From a virus (taxonomy: Duplodnaviria; Caudoviricetes), in IMG/VR virus record IMGVR_UViG_3300016476_001378: a stretch of DNA of 64,000 nucleotides. One strand, written 5' to 3'. Both the position numbers and the translations under genes were made by a program. The notes under the pieces are model-generated. The model saw only the letters and a list, made by a program, of their open reading frames with translations, was not told where the DNA came from and did no database searches. Shown piece by piece: positions 37,209 through 46,367 of this stretch; positions within the stretch are counted from its first letter, which is position 1, and each line of letters opens with the position of its first letter.

Positions 37209-37601
37209 ATGCTTGAATGTCCTATTGAATTAACAGATGGTGCTATAGAGTTTATCTCAGACTTATTATCTCAACAAGAAGACCCACAAGATCTTTATCT
37301 TAGAGTTTATGTGTCTGGTGGTGGTTGCTCGGGGCTTCAATACGGCATGGCACTCGATACAGTTCTTGACCCTGATGATACCACTTATAAGTTTAAAGAC
37401 ATTCAGATTGTCTTGGGCGCTATGGATGTTAAATATTTAAATGGGGCGATTATCGATTACATTGACCAGCCAATGGGCGGCGGTTTTAAAGTTACAAATC
37501 CAAACGCAGTAAAATCTTGCGGGTGTGGTAGTTCTTTTTCTGTAGAGGACGATGAATCTGGTAAAACTTTAACAGGTGGATGCGGTAGTTGTTCAAGATA
37601 G
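37209..37601 (+). CDS. erpA: A-type Fe-S carrier (IscA/ErpA/HesB)
   Basis: LRVYVSGGGCSGLQY, NPNA.KSCGCGSSF. Confidence 0.9.
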   Translation: MLECPIELTDGAIEFISDLLSQQEDPQDLYLRVYVSGGGCSGLQYGMALDTVLDPDDTTYKFKDIQIVLGAMDVKYLNGAIIDYIDQPMGGGFKVTNPNAVKSCGCGSSFSVEDDESGKTLTGGCGSCSR

Positions 37602-37726
37602 TTGTATAATTAATAATTGAATCGTATCTCCGACTAATAACCTAATGATTTTTATTCATTAGGTTATTTTTTGTAGGGCCCCATTATTTATTTAATGTAA
37701 TATTATCTTGGAGTGAATAACTAATT

Positions 37727-38026
37727 ATGGAATGCAAGTGTGAGCTTGTTGAAATCCAAAACGGTGAATGGTTTGTTGCATTCAGCGAATGTATTAGGGG
37801 CTACCAACTCTTTGGCCCTTTTAAATCCAAAATGGAAGCAAGCTATTATGTTCAGGAATATTTCCCACGCTTTACAAAGATGTACAGCGTGATTGATTTT
37901 GAACACCCCATGCATAGAGAAAAAGTTATTTCGATAAAGGGGCCGCCTTTTAGGGAGCGGCTTTGGGATTTTGAAGATTACAAAGCCATGGCCTGGCGCA
38001 ACGCAGGCTTCAGATCAAGAAAATGA
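37727..38026 (+). CDS. Hypothetical protein
   Basis: 99 aa. Confidence 0.5.
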   Translation: MECKCELVEIQNGEWFVAFSECIRGYQLFGPFKSKMEASYYVQEYFPRFTKMYSVIDFEHPMHREKVISIKGPPFRERLWDFEDYKAMAWRNAGFRSRK

Positions 38027-38062
38027 TCAACAGATTCAATGGGGAATCTAGTTGATTTTTTT

Positions 38063-38095
38063 ATCTTAAAAACCATTCTTTAGTTCTATAAGAGT
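38063..38095 (+). promoter_or_regulatory. Plus-strand copy of the phage promoter motif upstream of purA
   Basis: TATCTTAAAAACCATTCTTTAGTTCTATAAGAGT. Confidence 0.65.
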
Positions 38096-38203
38096 GTAAG
38101 ATTTTCTGTTTTTTGGACCCCCATATAGAGGTATATTATAGTATATCTTAATATCAATTAGGGATTTGGAAACGATAATCTATTAGAACTAAAAAGAAGG
38201 TCT

Positions 38204-39223
38204 ATGATGAATACAATTGATGTTGTTTTGGGTTTGCAGTATGGTGATGAAGGCAAGGGTAAGATTACCAATCAGATGGCTCGCACAGGAGACTATGATT
38301 ATGTTCTTCGCTATAACGGTGGTAGTAATGCTGGCCATACAATTTATGTTGATGGTCAAAAAGTTGTAACACATTTGGTCCCTTGTGGTATTTTTCATAA
38401 CACACCTTCTGTAATTGGTTCTGGTTGTGTTGTCCATGTTGGTAAGTTGTTAGCTGAACTTGATTATCTTGAAAACCTTGGTTTTGATACTAATCTAGTC
38501 AAAGTTGCACACAATGCTCACATTGTAACAGATGAGCACATTGAAGAAGATTCTAAGGATACTACAATTGGCACTACACGCACTGGAAATGGCCCCTGTT
38601 ATAAAGATAAGGTAATGCGTGTTGGTAAGCGAGCAGAGGACGTAGAAGAGCTTAAAAACAGGCTTATAGACATTTCTTCTTATGGTAATAACTATAAGAT
38701 TTTGGCTGAAGGGGCCCAGGGTTATTGGTTAGACATTGATTCTGGTGATTATCCTTATGTCACAAGTAGTTCTTGTGGCATTGGTGCTGTTATCAATAAT
38801 GGTTTTTCGCATAAGGAAATCAATAAGGTTGTAGGTGTTGCCAAGGCTTATTCTACTTATGTTGGAGCTAAGTCTTATGGGAGGGATCCTTTGAACTTAA
38901 ATGACAACACTGATAAGTTTGAAGCCATTCGTGAGATAGGTCAAGAATTTGGGGCCACTACTGGTCGCCCAAGACAAATTGATTGGCTTGATGTAGATGA
39001 AGTTTGTATTTCTTGTTTAAGAAATGGTGTAGATACATTGATTATTAATAAGTTGGATGTATTGAAGCAAATTCCTGGCGCTTGGAATGTTTATGATTCA
39101 AATGTAAGTTTTACTAGACTTATTAATTTTGAGAATGAAGAAGACTTTAAGACTTACATTGTAAATCAGATTTCTTCTTGTATTAAGGGAATTAAAATAG
39201 AGTTTCAGGATTCACCACTATAA
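38204..39223 (+). CDS. purA: Adenylosuccinate synthetase (short form)
   Basis: GLQYGDEGKGK, GG.NAGHT, IGTT..G.GP.Y.DK, EGAQG..LD.D.G.YPYVTSS, EFGATTGRPR. Confidence 0.95.
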   Translation: MMNTIDVVLGLQYGDEGKGKITNQMARTGDYDYVLRYNGGSNAGHTIYVDGQKVVTHLVPCGIFHNTPSVIGSGCVVHVGKLLAELDYLENLGFDTNLVKVAHNAHIVTDEHIEEDSKDTTIGTTRTGNGPCYKDKVMRVGKRAEDVEELKNRLIDISSYGNNYKILAEGAQGYWLDIDSGDYPYVTSSSCGIGAVINNGFSHKEINKVVGVAKAYSTYVGAKSYGRDPLNLNDNTDKFEAIREIGQEFGATTGRPRQIDWLDVDEVCISCLRNGVDTLIINKLDVLKQIPGAWNVYDSNVSFTRLINFENEEDFKTYIVNQISSCIKGIKIEFQDSPL

Positions 39224-39846
39224 TGTTTGATTTAACTTTATTCTTAAAAGATGCATTAAGTTTGTTAGCAATTGTAGAACCACTGGGCGCAATCCCAGTG
39301 TTTCTCACACTAACATCTTCCTTTGGTCCCGTTAAGCAAATCAGAACAGCTAAAAGAGCTGCTATGGCTGGCTTCTTAATTTTGTTGTCAGCTCTTGTAT
39401 TTGGTAAATGGTTATTGCAGATTTTTGGTATCTCTTTATCTTCTATTAGAGTTGCTGGTGGCCTCATGTTTATTGTCATGGGTATGCAGCTTGTTATTTC
39501 TGAGCCTGTTAAGATTACAGAAAGTGAAATAGAAGAGGCAGAATCCCATTCTGATGTAGCTGTTGTGCCCTTGGCTTTACCAATTCTTTCGGGGCCTGGT
39601 GCAATGGGAGCTGTTATTCTTTTAGGAAGTAAAGGGGCCCCTTTTATTCAAATACCAAAAGTTGGTTTGATTATCGGCATTGTAATGTTTGTTTCTTACA
39701 TCTGTTTTAGATTAGCCAGGCCCATAGGAAAAAAGCTAGGAGTCACAGGCTTAAACATTTTAAATAGAATAAGCGGTCTGATCGTCCTAGCTATTGGCGT
39801 AGAGTTTATTTTAGCTGGTGTGCATGAAATTTGGAAGGGACTTTAG
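39223..39846 (+). CDS. marC: MarC family membrane protein
   Basis: P.G.IP.F, VAVVPLALP...GPGA, G...LNRI.GL. Confidence 0.9.
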   Translation: MFDLTLFLKDALSLLAIVEPLGAIPVFLTLTSSFGPVKQIRTAKRAAMAGFLILLSALVFGKWLLQIFGISLSSIRVAGGLMFIVMGMQLVISEPVKITESEIEEAESHSDVAVVPLALPILSGPGAMGAVILLGSKGAPFIQIPKVGLIIGIVMFVSYICFRLARPIGKKLGVTGLNILNRISGLIVLAIGVEFILAGVHEIWKGL

Positions 39847-39856
39847 TCCCTTCTTT

Positions 39857-40312
39857 TTATTTGCGAGGAATTGATATCTGTGTATACAATTCTAATTTTT
39901 TATTGTTATTAAGTTGTCTAAGTGCTTGCTCTGAAACATTATACATTTTAGCAATCTTTGCATAATCAGCTGGAACAGTTTCGCCTCTCCAGTTTTTAGA
40001 CAAACCAACCTCAACAACCATTGGAGGTGTTACTTTTGCTTTAACACCCATTGGTAAATTAAGCTTAAGACCACCATAAATTTGTCCAGATCTTAAAGCA
40101 TTGGCTGCTTGTGGGTTTGCTGCAATCAAAGCATCTAATGTGATGTTATAATCTTGTGCAATACGAGACGGACTCTCGCCTGTTGATACTGTGTGAACAT
40201 TAGCTTGGGCTAATCTTACAAAAATATCATTTAAAGATGCTGCTTCTTTTTCAAAGCCTTTATCTTCAAGTTCGTTAACAATTGCATTAATTTCTGCTAA
40301 AATAGTTCTCAT
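39857..40312 (-). CDS. LysM-repeat protein with N-terminal helical tag
   Basis: HTVSTGES..RIAQDYNITLDALIAANP and KIAKMYNVS.QALRQLN. Confidence 0.8.
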   Translation of the reverse strand: MRTILAEINAIVNELEDKGFEKEAASLNDIFVRLAQANVHTVSTGESPSRIAQDYNITLDALIAANPQAANALRSGQIYGGLKLNLPMGVKAKVTPPMVVEVGLSKNWRGETVPADYAKIAKMYNVSEQALRQLNNNKKLELYTQISIPRK

Positions 40313-40313
40313 T

Positions 40314-41216
40314 TTACTTTCCTTTAGGTTTTGTAGCCTTGGAATACGCTGGTGTATCCCCACGCATCATTTTAATTATGCGTTGTATATCTAATAAGCC
40401 ACTTCTTAACTGTAAATTTTCAGGTATTGTTGGGTCGTTTAAATTTTTAAATTTATTATTTCTGTCATATTTTTTCACATAAGGCATGAAGAAATCTAAA
40501 CCGCCTAAAATTTTTGGTAATTTAGAAGCATTGCCTTGTGCATTAGGATTACTGAATCCAATGCCTAATTCTTTAATAATTGAATCTATAATAAATTTTG
40601 CATCAGGATCGGTTATTTTATCTATATTGTTCAGATCAAATGTGCTTATTTTATGCATTTGCTCTTCACCACCCGGCATTCCACCTTGCCCATAACCCCA
40701 TGTTTTAGCTTTTCCGAGTGCAAATTTTTCCCCACTAGCTAAACCAAGAAATATCAAACCCCAAGGTTTTAAGGCTGGAATCATGTCATCCAATAAAAAG
40801 CAAACATTTTGAAGTGCAGTTAAAATTTCAATTGCTATCTCTTGTCCTGATGTATCTTCACCAGAGAAAAAAGTATCCCAGTTAAATCTTGAAGCTAAAC
40901 TAGAAGCCTTAATTAAGTTGTCCAACGCATCATAAGCGAACGAAATTTGGAAAGCTTTACTGACATTTGCAGATATTACGGGAGGTATTTTGATAGCACT
41001 CAAGAAATTACTAAATCCTGCTGCTTTTAAAAATGGGCTCAAAGCTTCAACTCTTTGAATAATAAGCTTTAATAATTCTTGCAGACCCTTGGCTTGTGAA
41101 AGCCTAACCATAATATTATGAGCTTTATCAGCTTGCACGTATAAACCTTTATTTTCAAGATTTATAGCAATTTCAAATAATGAATTAATTTCAGTGTTGC
41201 CCATAATTTGCTCCAT
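40314..41216 (-). CDS. Hypothetical protein with N-terminal helical tag
   Basis: LFEIAINLENKGLYVQADKAHNIMVRLSQ resembles the neighbour's N-terminus. Confidence 0.7.
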   Translation of the reverse strand: MEQIMGNTEINSLFEIAINLENKGLYVQADKAHNIMVRLSQAKGLQELLKLIIQRVEALSPFLKAAGFSNFLSAIKIPPVISANVSKAFQISFAYDALDNLIKASSLASRFNWDTFFSGEDTSGQEIAIEILTALQNVCFLLDDMIPALKPWGLIFLGLASGEKFALGKAKTWGYGQGGMPGGEEQMHKISTFDLNNIDKITDPDAKFIIDSIIKELGIGFSNPNAQGNASKLPKILGGLDFFMPYVKKYDRNNKFKNLNDPTIPENLQLRSGLLDIQRIIKMMRGDTPAYSKATKPKGK

Positions 41217-41265
41217 AGTTCACTTATTAATTATAAATAAAAGATAGGGGCCCCTTGTAAAATTT

Positions 41266-41300
41266 TATCTTAAAATCGTGAAATAATGCTCTATAGTAGT
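41266..41300 (+). promoter_or_regulatory. Plus-strand copy of the phage promoter motif
   Basis: TATCTTAAAATCGTGAAATAATGCTCTATAGTAGT. Confidence 0.75.
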
Positions 41301-41328
41301 AAGTTTTAAGGTTGGGGAGATAAAATTT

Positions 41329-42771
41329 ATGGCTACTATTAAAATTTCACCAGATTTCTTCACAAAGGAAATTTTGAATTACAGTGATTGGCAAAGTGCT
41401 TTTTGGCGCGAGCTGTTTCAGAATTCTATTGATGCTGGCGCTAAGAACATTGAAATTCAAACAGAAGTTTCTCGCAACAATGTTATTGTCACATTTAAAG
41501 ATGATGGCAAGGGCATGGATAAAAAGACTTTGGAAGAAGTATTTTTCAGCCTTGGTTCGACTACAAAGACAAACCAAGATTCTGTTGGTGGCTTTGGTAA
41601 AGCTCGTATTATTTTATGTTTCGCCCAAACTGAATACATGATTAGAACTAATCAACTGTTTGTTCGTGGCTCTGGGGCAGACTATGAAATAGAAGAAGAT
41701 TACAAATATGTAAAAGGTTGTGAATTTTTAATTACAGTTCCAGTTAACAAATTTTATTCAAACCAAGATGCATTTGAAAATTCACTAAAAACTTTCTTAT
41801 CAAGATGTAATTTAAATTGCAAGGTAACAATTAATGGGACAGTCTGGAATAATTGGACAAAACAAAGAGGCAAGGTTCGACAGCTTGACTTTGCAAAAGC
41901 AATCGCTGTAAAAGATGGCGAAAAGAATAGAATTCTTTTCAGGGTAAATGGCTTGTGTATGTTTACAAGATACTCAAGCTACCCAAACTTAGTAATAGTT
42001 GAAATTAACCCCAGTGTATCTAGAAATGTTCTATTGTCAAATAGGGATTCTATTAATTATCATTATTCTGACCAAGTTGATGATTTTATAAATTGTTTAA
42101 ATAATGACAATTTGTCAGCCTTTAGAAATGATGAGGTAATTAATACTATCATCACTGGTAAATCAAGAACATTCAAATCAAAAAGAAAAGCAGTAATAGA
42201 AGCGAGTTATGAATGCGACACACAATCATTCCTTACTAGACCCCAGGGCGAAATTCATTATCAAGTAACAGACATCAATGAAGAAAATGAAGACGATGGC
42301 CTCATAATTGTTACCAAGACGAATGACGCAAAAATCAAGCGAGCCTCACGTTCTTTTAAGCCAGACAACATGGAAGATAAAAGCCGCAAGAAAAAGCTCT
42401 TAAATCAATGGATTATAGCCTGTGAGTACGCTTTAGAATCTTATTGCCACTTAACAGCCAAGGAAGAAATGAGTTGGAGGCCAGGTTTGGTCTTTGACAA
42501 AGATGTAGAGGCTTGCCACCAGAAGCAAGAAGATAATTCGCATGCTTTGATGTTAAATCCAATCTTTTGTTCTGGTGAAAATTTAGGAAAGATTAAATTT
42601 TCTTTAAATAATTTTGGCGACCATGTAAAGCTGTTAACTTTGGCTGCTCACGAGGTAGCACACTGCTCTAGAAGCTATCATGATGAGACTTATGCCAACT
42701 TATTCACTGATATAGTGGCTGATTTGATGCAGAATGTTAACAAAGTCAGCAAGGAAATGAAGCTGGCTTAG
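41329..42771 (+). CDS. GHKL (HSP90/MutL-like) ATPase with C-terminal HEXXH motif
   Basis: RELFQNSIDAGA, DDGKGM, GSTTK...GGFG; AHEVAH....H. Confidence 0.85.
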   Translation: MATIKISPDFFTKEILNYSDWQSAFWRELFQNSIDAGAKNIEIQTEVSRNNVIVTFKDDGKGMDKKTLEEVFFSLGSTTKTNQDSVGGFGKARIILCFAQTEYMIRTNQLFVRGSGADYEIEEDYKYVKGCEFLITVPVNKFYSNQDAFENSLKTFLSRCNLNCKVTINGTVWNNWTKQRGKVRQLDFAKAIAVKDGEKNRILFRVNGLCMFTRYSSYPNLVIVEINPSVSRNVLLSNRDSINYHYSDQVDDFINCLNNDNLSAFRNDEVINTIITGKSRTFKSKRKAVIEASYECDTQSFLTRPQGEIHYQVTDINEENEDDGLIIVTKTNDAKIKRASRSFKPDNMEDKSRKKKLLNQWIIACEYALESYCHLTAKEEMSWRPGLVFDKDVEACHQKQEDNSHALMLNPIFCSGENLGKIKFSLNNFGDHVKLLTLAAHEVAHCSRSYHDETYANLFTDIVADLMQNVNKVSKEMKLA

Positions 42772-42990
42772 TTGTAGAATATTATAATGTAAGAAGTCAT
42801 CGCCGATTTCTTGTTATTCACAGAAGAAAATCTATGAGAGGAGACTTGAGGCGATGAGATTTCTAGAAGATTTAGAAAGCATGCTTGAAGAAGTGCTTAG
42901 CAGCATTTTCAAATGGCAAATAGATTATTAATCGTCATCAGGTAGCATAGAAATATGCTACCTTTTTATTTGCGTGTTGGAGATGTGAAA

Positions 42991-43263
42991 ATGAATAGAG
43001 TTATAAGTTTAAAAGATACATTGTTGATAGCATTTTTATTCTTGTGTGGTATTGGTTTCGGTTTGTATGCAAGTGTTTTTATTTCTAAACCTGAGCCTAA
43101 AGTAGCAGCATCAAATAACGGATGCCAAAATGATTCTATGTTGAGAGCACAAGCAAAATACATCCATAAATTAAATGGGGAACTTTTAGAGTTAAAGTAC
43201 AACCCAAAGGATGCAGAAGGTTTAAGAAAACAAATTGCAATAGCCAGAATGATGAGAAATTAG
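42991..43263 (+). CDS. Single-pass membrane protein
   Basis: GGAG SD; N-terminal TM helix. Confidence 0.55.
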   Translation: MNRVISLKDTLLIAFLFLCGIGFGLYASVFISKPEPKVAASNNGCQNDSMLRAQAKYIHKLNGELLELKYNPKDAEGLRKQIAIARMMRN

Positions 43264-43354
43264 GATAATAGTTAATTTTAAATTAAAGATATATTTGTCA
43301 AAAAAATAATTGATAGACTCGTCGTGACTGATTCTCTTTGTGGAGGAAGTGCCT

Positions 43355-43774
43355 ATGGAAAAGTTCTATTCAATTATCGCATTGATCAAATCTATTTTAT
43401 TTTCTGGCTTGAACAAAGTTAAAAATTTAGATGGTGATTTGATTGCAGATAAAGTTACAAGTGCTTTAGGCAGTTGGAGATTTATTATTATCCAGTCTGT
43501 CATTTTAGCGTGTTGGATCTCTTTAAATGTATATCTTGTTTCAATCCATATAAAGGCTTTTGATCCTTATCCTTTTATTCTTTTAAATCTTATGTTAAGC
43601 TTCCAAGCTGCTTTTACTGGCCCCGTTGTTTTGATGAGTCAAAACAGACATTCCATCAGGGATAGCAAGGCTGTATTGGCAGATTTGGAATGTGACATCA
43701 GAGCAGAGAAGGATTTGAAGGAAATCAAATCAACTTTGCAAGAGATCCAGAAAATGATTGTAGATTTGTCTTAA
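43355..43774 (+). CDS. DUF1003 membrane protein
   Basis: GSW.FII.Q, FDPYPFILLNL.LS.QAA..GP...MSQNR. Confidence 0.9.
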   Translation: MEKFYSIIALIKSILFSGLNKVKNLDGDLIADKVTSALGSWRFIIIQSVILACWISLNVYLVSIHIKAFDPYPFILLNLMLSFQAAFTGPVVLMSQNRHSIRDSKAVLADLECDIRAEKDLKEIKSTLQEIQKMIVDLS

Positions 43775-43817
43775 CCGATAAGGTTGGTCCCCTATTGTTC
43801 AATAGGGGATTTTCTTT

Positions 43818-44402
43818 TTAGATAGAACTAAAGCCAACATTATAAACAACATGGTCTGAAAAATGGATATTTGCACAAGCTTGCTGTAATTCTTTTAATA
43901 AACGATAATCTTCTGTGCGACCATTTGTAAATCTCAAATTATGTATGTTTAAGAATCTTAATTTAACAGCAAATGAGATTCCAACCTGGCCCATCGCTAA
44001 TTCTTTCATGCCTTCTGGTGGTAAAACAACACCATTGGTAAATCTCATTTTAAAAATACAAACGTCCATGTTTGGATGTTTGTCTAATTCATTATAAAAA
44101 GCTTCTATGTAATTTGGCTGGAAAGAATCATCATCATCCAGAAAGCAAATCCAATTTGTCTCGGCTAGGTCTATAGCTTTATTTCTAACAGCTCCACCAC
44201 CATTAAAGCCATCACCAATCTTGGCAGAATTATAATAATGAATAATCCTGTTGTCAGAAATGGGTGGAGTTGGCAAATCTTCTTTGGTAATGCCATCAAA
44301 AGAAACAATGCAACGCCACATTGGGTTGGTTTGCTGCTTCAATGAAAGCAGGGCTGCATTTAAGCTATCACGGCCCTTACTAGGAATGATTACAGTTATC
44401 AT
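43818..44402 (-). CDS. Glycosyltransferase family 2
   Basis: ITVIIPS.GR, RN..I..A...WI.FLDDDD, ED. Confidence 0.85.
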   Translation of the reverse strand: MITVIIPSKGRDSLNAALLSLKQQTNPMWRCIVSFDGITKEDLPTPPISDNRIIHYYNSAKIGDGFNGGGAVRNKAIDLAETNWICFLDDDDSFQPNYIEAFYNELDKHPNMDVCIFKMRFTNGVVLPPEGMKELAMGQVGISFAVKLRFLNIHNLRFTNGRTEDYRLLKELQQACANIHFSDHVVYNVGFSSI

Positions 44403-44680
44403 TTTAGTCCTGATAAATCTTGCATGATTTCAACCAAAGCATCAGCATAAATGTGATGATTGGCAGCTTCAAGCTTTTTGGCATAAGTAAATAAACTAGC
44501 AGCTGTTCTCAATGATTCAACAGAAGCTGATTTCTTGCCTTTAGATTTGCCCTTTATTTTATTTAACTGTTTATAAGCTATTGCATAAGCGATTGCTTTT
44601 TGCTCTTTCTCACTCTTCTCAGGATAAAAGTCTTTTTTTGATAATAATTCTGATACTAAATCTTCAACAAATTTTGGCAT
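44399..44680 (-). CDS. Hypothetical protein
   Basis: AIAYAIA motif and a C-terminal copy of the A..LE......AD tag. Confidence 0.55.
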   Translation of the reverse strand: MPKFVEDLVSELLSKKDFYPEKSEKEQKAIAYAIAYKQLNKIKGKSKGKKSASVESLRTAASLFTYAKKLEAANHHIYADALVEIMQDLSGLK

Positions 44681-44785
44681 AATAATCACCTCTGATTTTA
44701 TATTTTTATTCAGTTGAGTTAATGACCTGCAAAAACAAAAGAGACCTGAAGTAACAGATCTCTTTTGTTTAAAATAAACTCTAAA

Positions 44786-45634
44786 TTAATAGAGGCCCCA
44801 GAAAGGCCAACTTCCATTATAAGCAGGAGTTGGGCTACCAGAACAGATGTTAAAGCCAGCAGCAGCGCCAGTATTTGTTCTAAATGTACAGGCTGGTACT
44901 GAATAATCTGCACTTGTTGGACAAAGCGCAAGAAATTGCTTTACATTCATCCATTTAGCATGGCCATCTGCATAGGCAAATGTCAATCCATCTGAGTGCG
45001 GGGCATTGTTCTTATCTGGTGTGCCATTTGGCATCAAATAAGTAGTCCAAGACTCACGCAAGGCGGCTGGCCAAAGCACACTACTGGAGCTAATGTACGA
45101 GAAGCTAACCTGATTACGAAGCTCCATCATTACCCATGTGTCAGCAGGAGTTTGAACGCCTGCGAGAGTGCCACCTAGGAAGCTAGGATTTTCGCCAGAA
45201 GGGTTAATTGGACGACCACTAAGGGAAAGGTTCATAGCGTAACCATCGCCCTTGTATTCGCCATTTACGTTCCATGCTTCAACATCACGGGTACGAGATG
45301 GACAGCGGAAAATGTTTGCATTCTTGGTATAAGGCAAAACCCAAGCTGGCCACTTATAATGGTTGATGCGTGTAGCAAAACCACCAGTCGCATTTGGGTT
45401 GAGAGGGGAAGATGATGCCCAGTAATCAGCACGAGGATAGTTCTCATCATAATCCTGTGCATACATAAGGAGGCCTAGACCGACCTGCTTCATGTTGGAA
45501 AGACAAGATGTTTGACGAGCCTTCTCACGGGCCTGAGCAAATACAGGGAAAAGAATAGCTGCGAGAATCGCAATGATAGCGATAACTACTAGAAGTTCGA
45601 TGAGTGTAAAAGCACTCTTCTTGGAATTTGTCAA
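44786..45634 (-). CDS. Prepilin-type N-terminal cleavage/methylation protein, DUF1559 / H-X9-DG family (copy 1)
   Basis: TTG start with AGGAGA SD; [36 protein letters not shown]; [16 protein letters not shown]. Confidence 0.95.
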   Translation of the reverse strand: MTNSKKSAFTLIELLVVIAIIAILAAILFPVFAQAREKARQTSCLSNMKQVGLGLLMYAQDYDENYPRADYWASSSPLNPNATGGFATRINHYKWPAWVLPYTKNANIFRCPSRTRDVEAWNVNGEYKGDGYAMNLSLSGRPINPSGENPSFLGGTLAGVQTPADTWVMMELRNQVSFSYISSSSVLWPAALRESWTTYLMPNGTPDKNNAPHSDGLTFAYADGHAKWMNVKQFLALCPTSADYSVPACTFRTNTGAAAGFNICSGSPTPAYNGSWPFWGLY

Positions 45635-45737
45635 TTTATTCTCCTAAATTTTTTAATTATTTATTAATAATTCCACACTGAATTATCGCTCTTAACACAA
45701 ACATATAATATTATAAATTAATTTATTAATATTAAAA

Positions 45738-46319
45738 TTAAATTAATTTTATCGTAGACACAATGCTTTCTATTTGCTTTTGTCTCTCAAGAAGTTTGAA
45801 ATAAAATAATAAAGTGTTTTTTGCATCATTATCAGCTCTATGTGGCTCGCCAATAAAAGATAATTTAAATCTTCCCATTGCTGAAGACAAACCGCCTTTG
45901 AATGACTTATTTTGAGCCTGCATTAAGAATATATAGAGTTGTTTAACATCTAATTCTCTTCTGCCAAAATAGGGGAAATGAATATTAGATTCCTTGAATT
46001 CTTTGATGAGACAAGTGATATCCCCAGCACCCCATGTGACCGGATTTACAAAGCACTGATATTTGTTTATGATTGTAGAAAGTTCACTAGCAACTACATC
46101 TAAGGAAACAGATTTCTCTTTAATGTCTGAATTTTTGATACCTGTAAGATCTGTTATGAAAGGATATATATATTCGCCAGGATCTATCAGCCATTCTTTG
46201 GTTAGGATAATGCCAGCATTCAAATTACCAACTGAAATGCCAACTTGAATAATTTTAGGGTTGGGAGTCGAATTATCTGAACTATTATTTAATTCAAGAT
46301 CAAGAGAAATGTAATTCAT
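45738..46319 (-). CDS. DEDDh 3'-5' exonuclease
   Basis: LDLE, WG.GD, HRADNDA. Confidence 0.88.
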   Translation of the reverse strand: MNYISLDLELNNSSDNSTPNPKIIQVGISVGNLNAGIILTKEWLIDPGEYIYPFITDLTGIKNSDIKEKSVSLDVVASELSTIINKYQCFVNPVTWGAGDITCLIKEFKESNIHFPYFGRRELDVKQLYIFLMQAQNKSFKGGLSSAMGRFKLSFIGEPHRADNDAKNTLLFYFKLLERQKQIESIVSTIKLI

Positions 46320-46367
46320 AATACTATTATAGTGTAATTAATTTATTTTTAAGACAAAAATGGGGCC

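Noticed and set aside
38204-39223. PurZ (2-aminoadenine DNA pathway)
   Set aside because: The protein keeps the catalytic Asp in GDEGKG; PurZ has Ser there. No other Z-genome genes were recognised.
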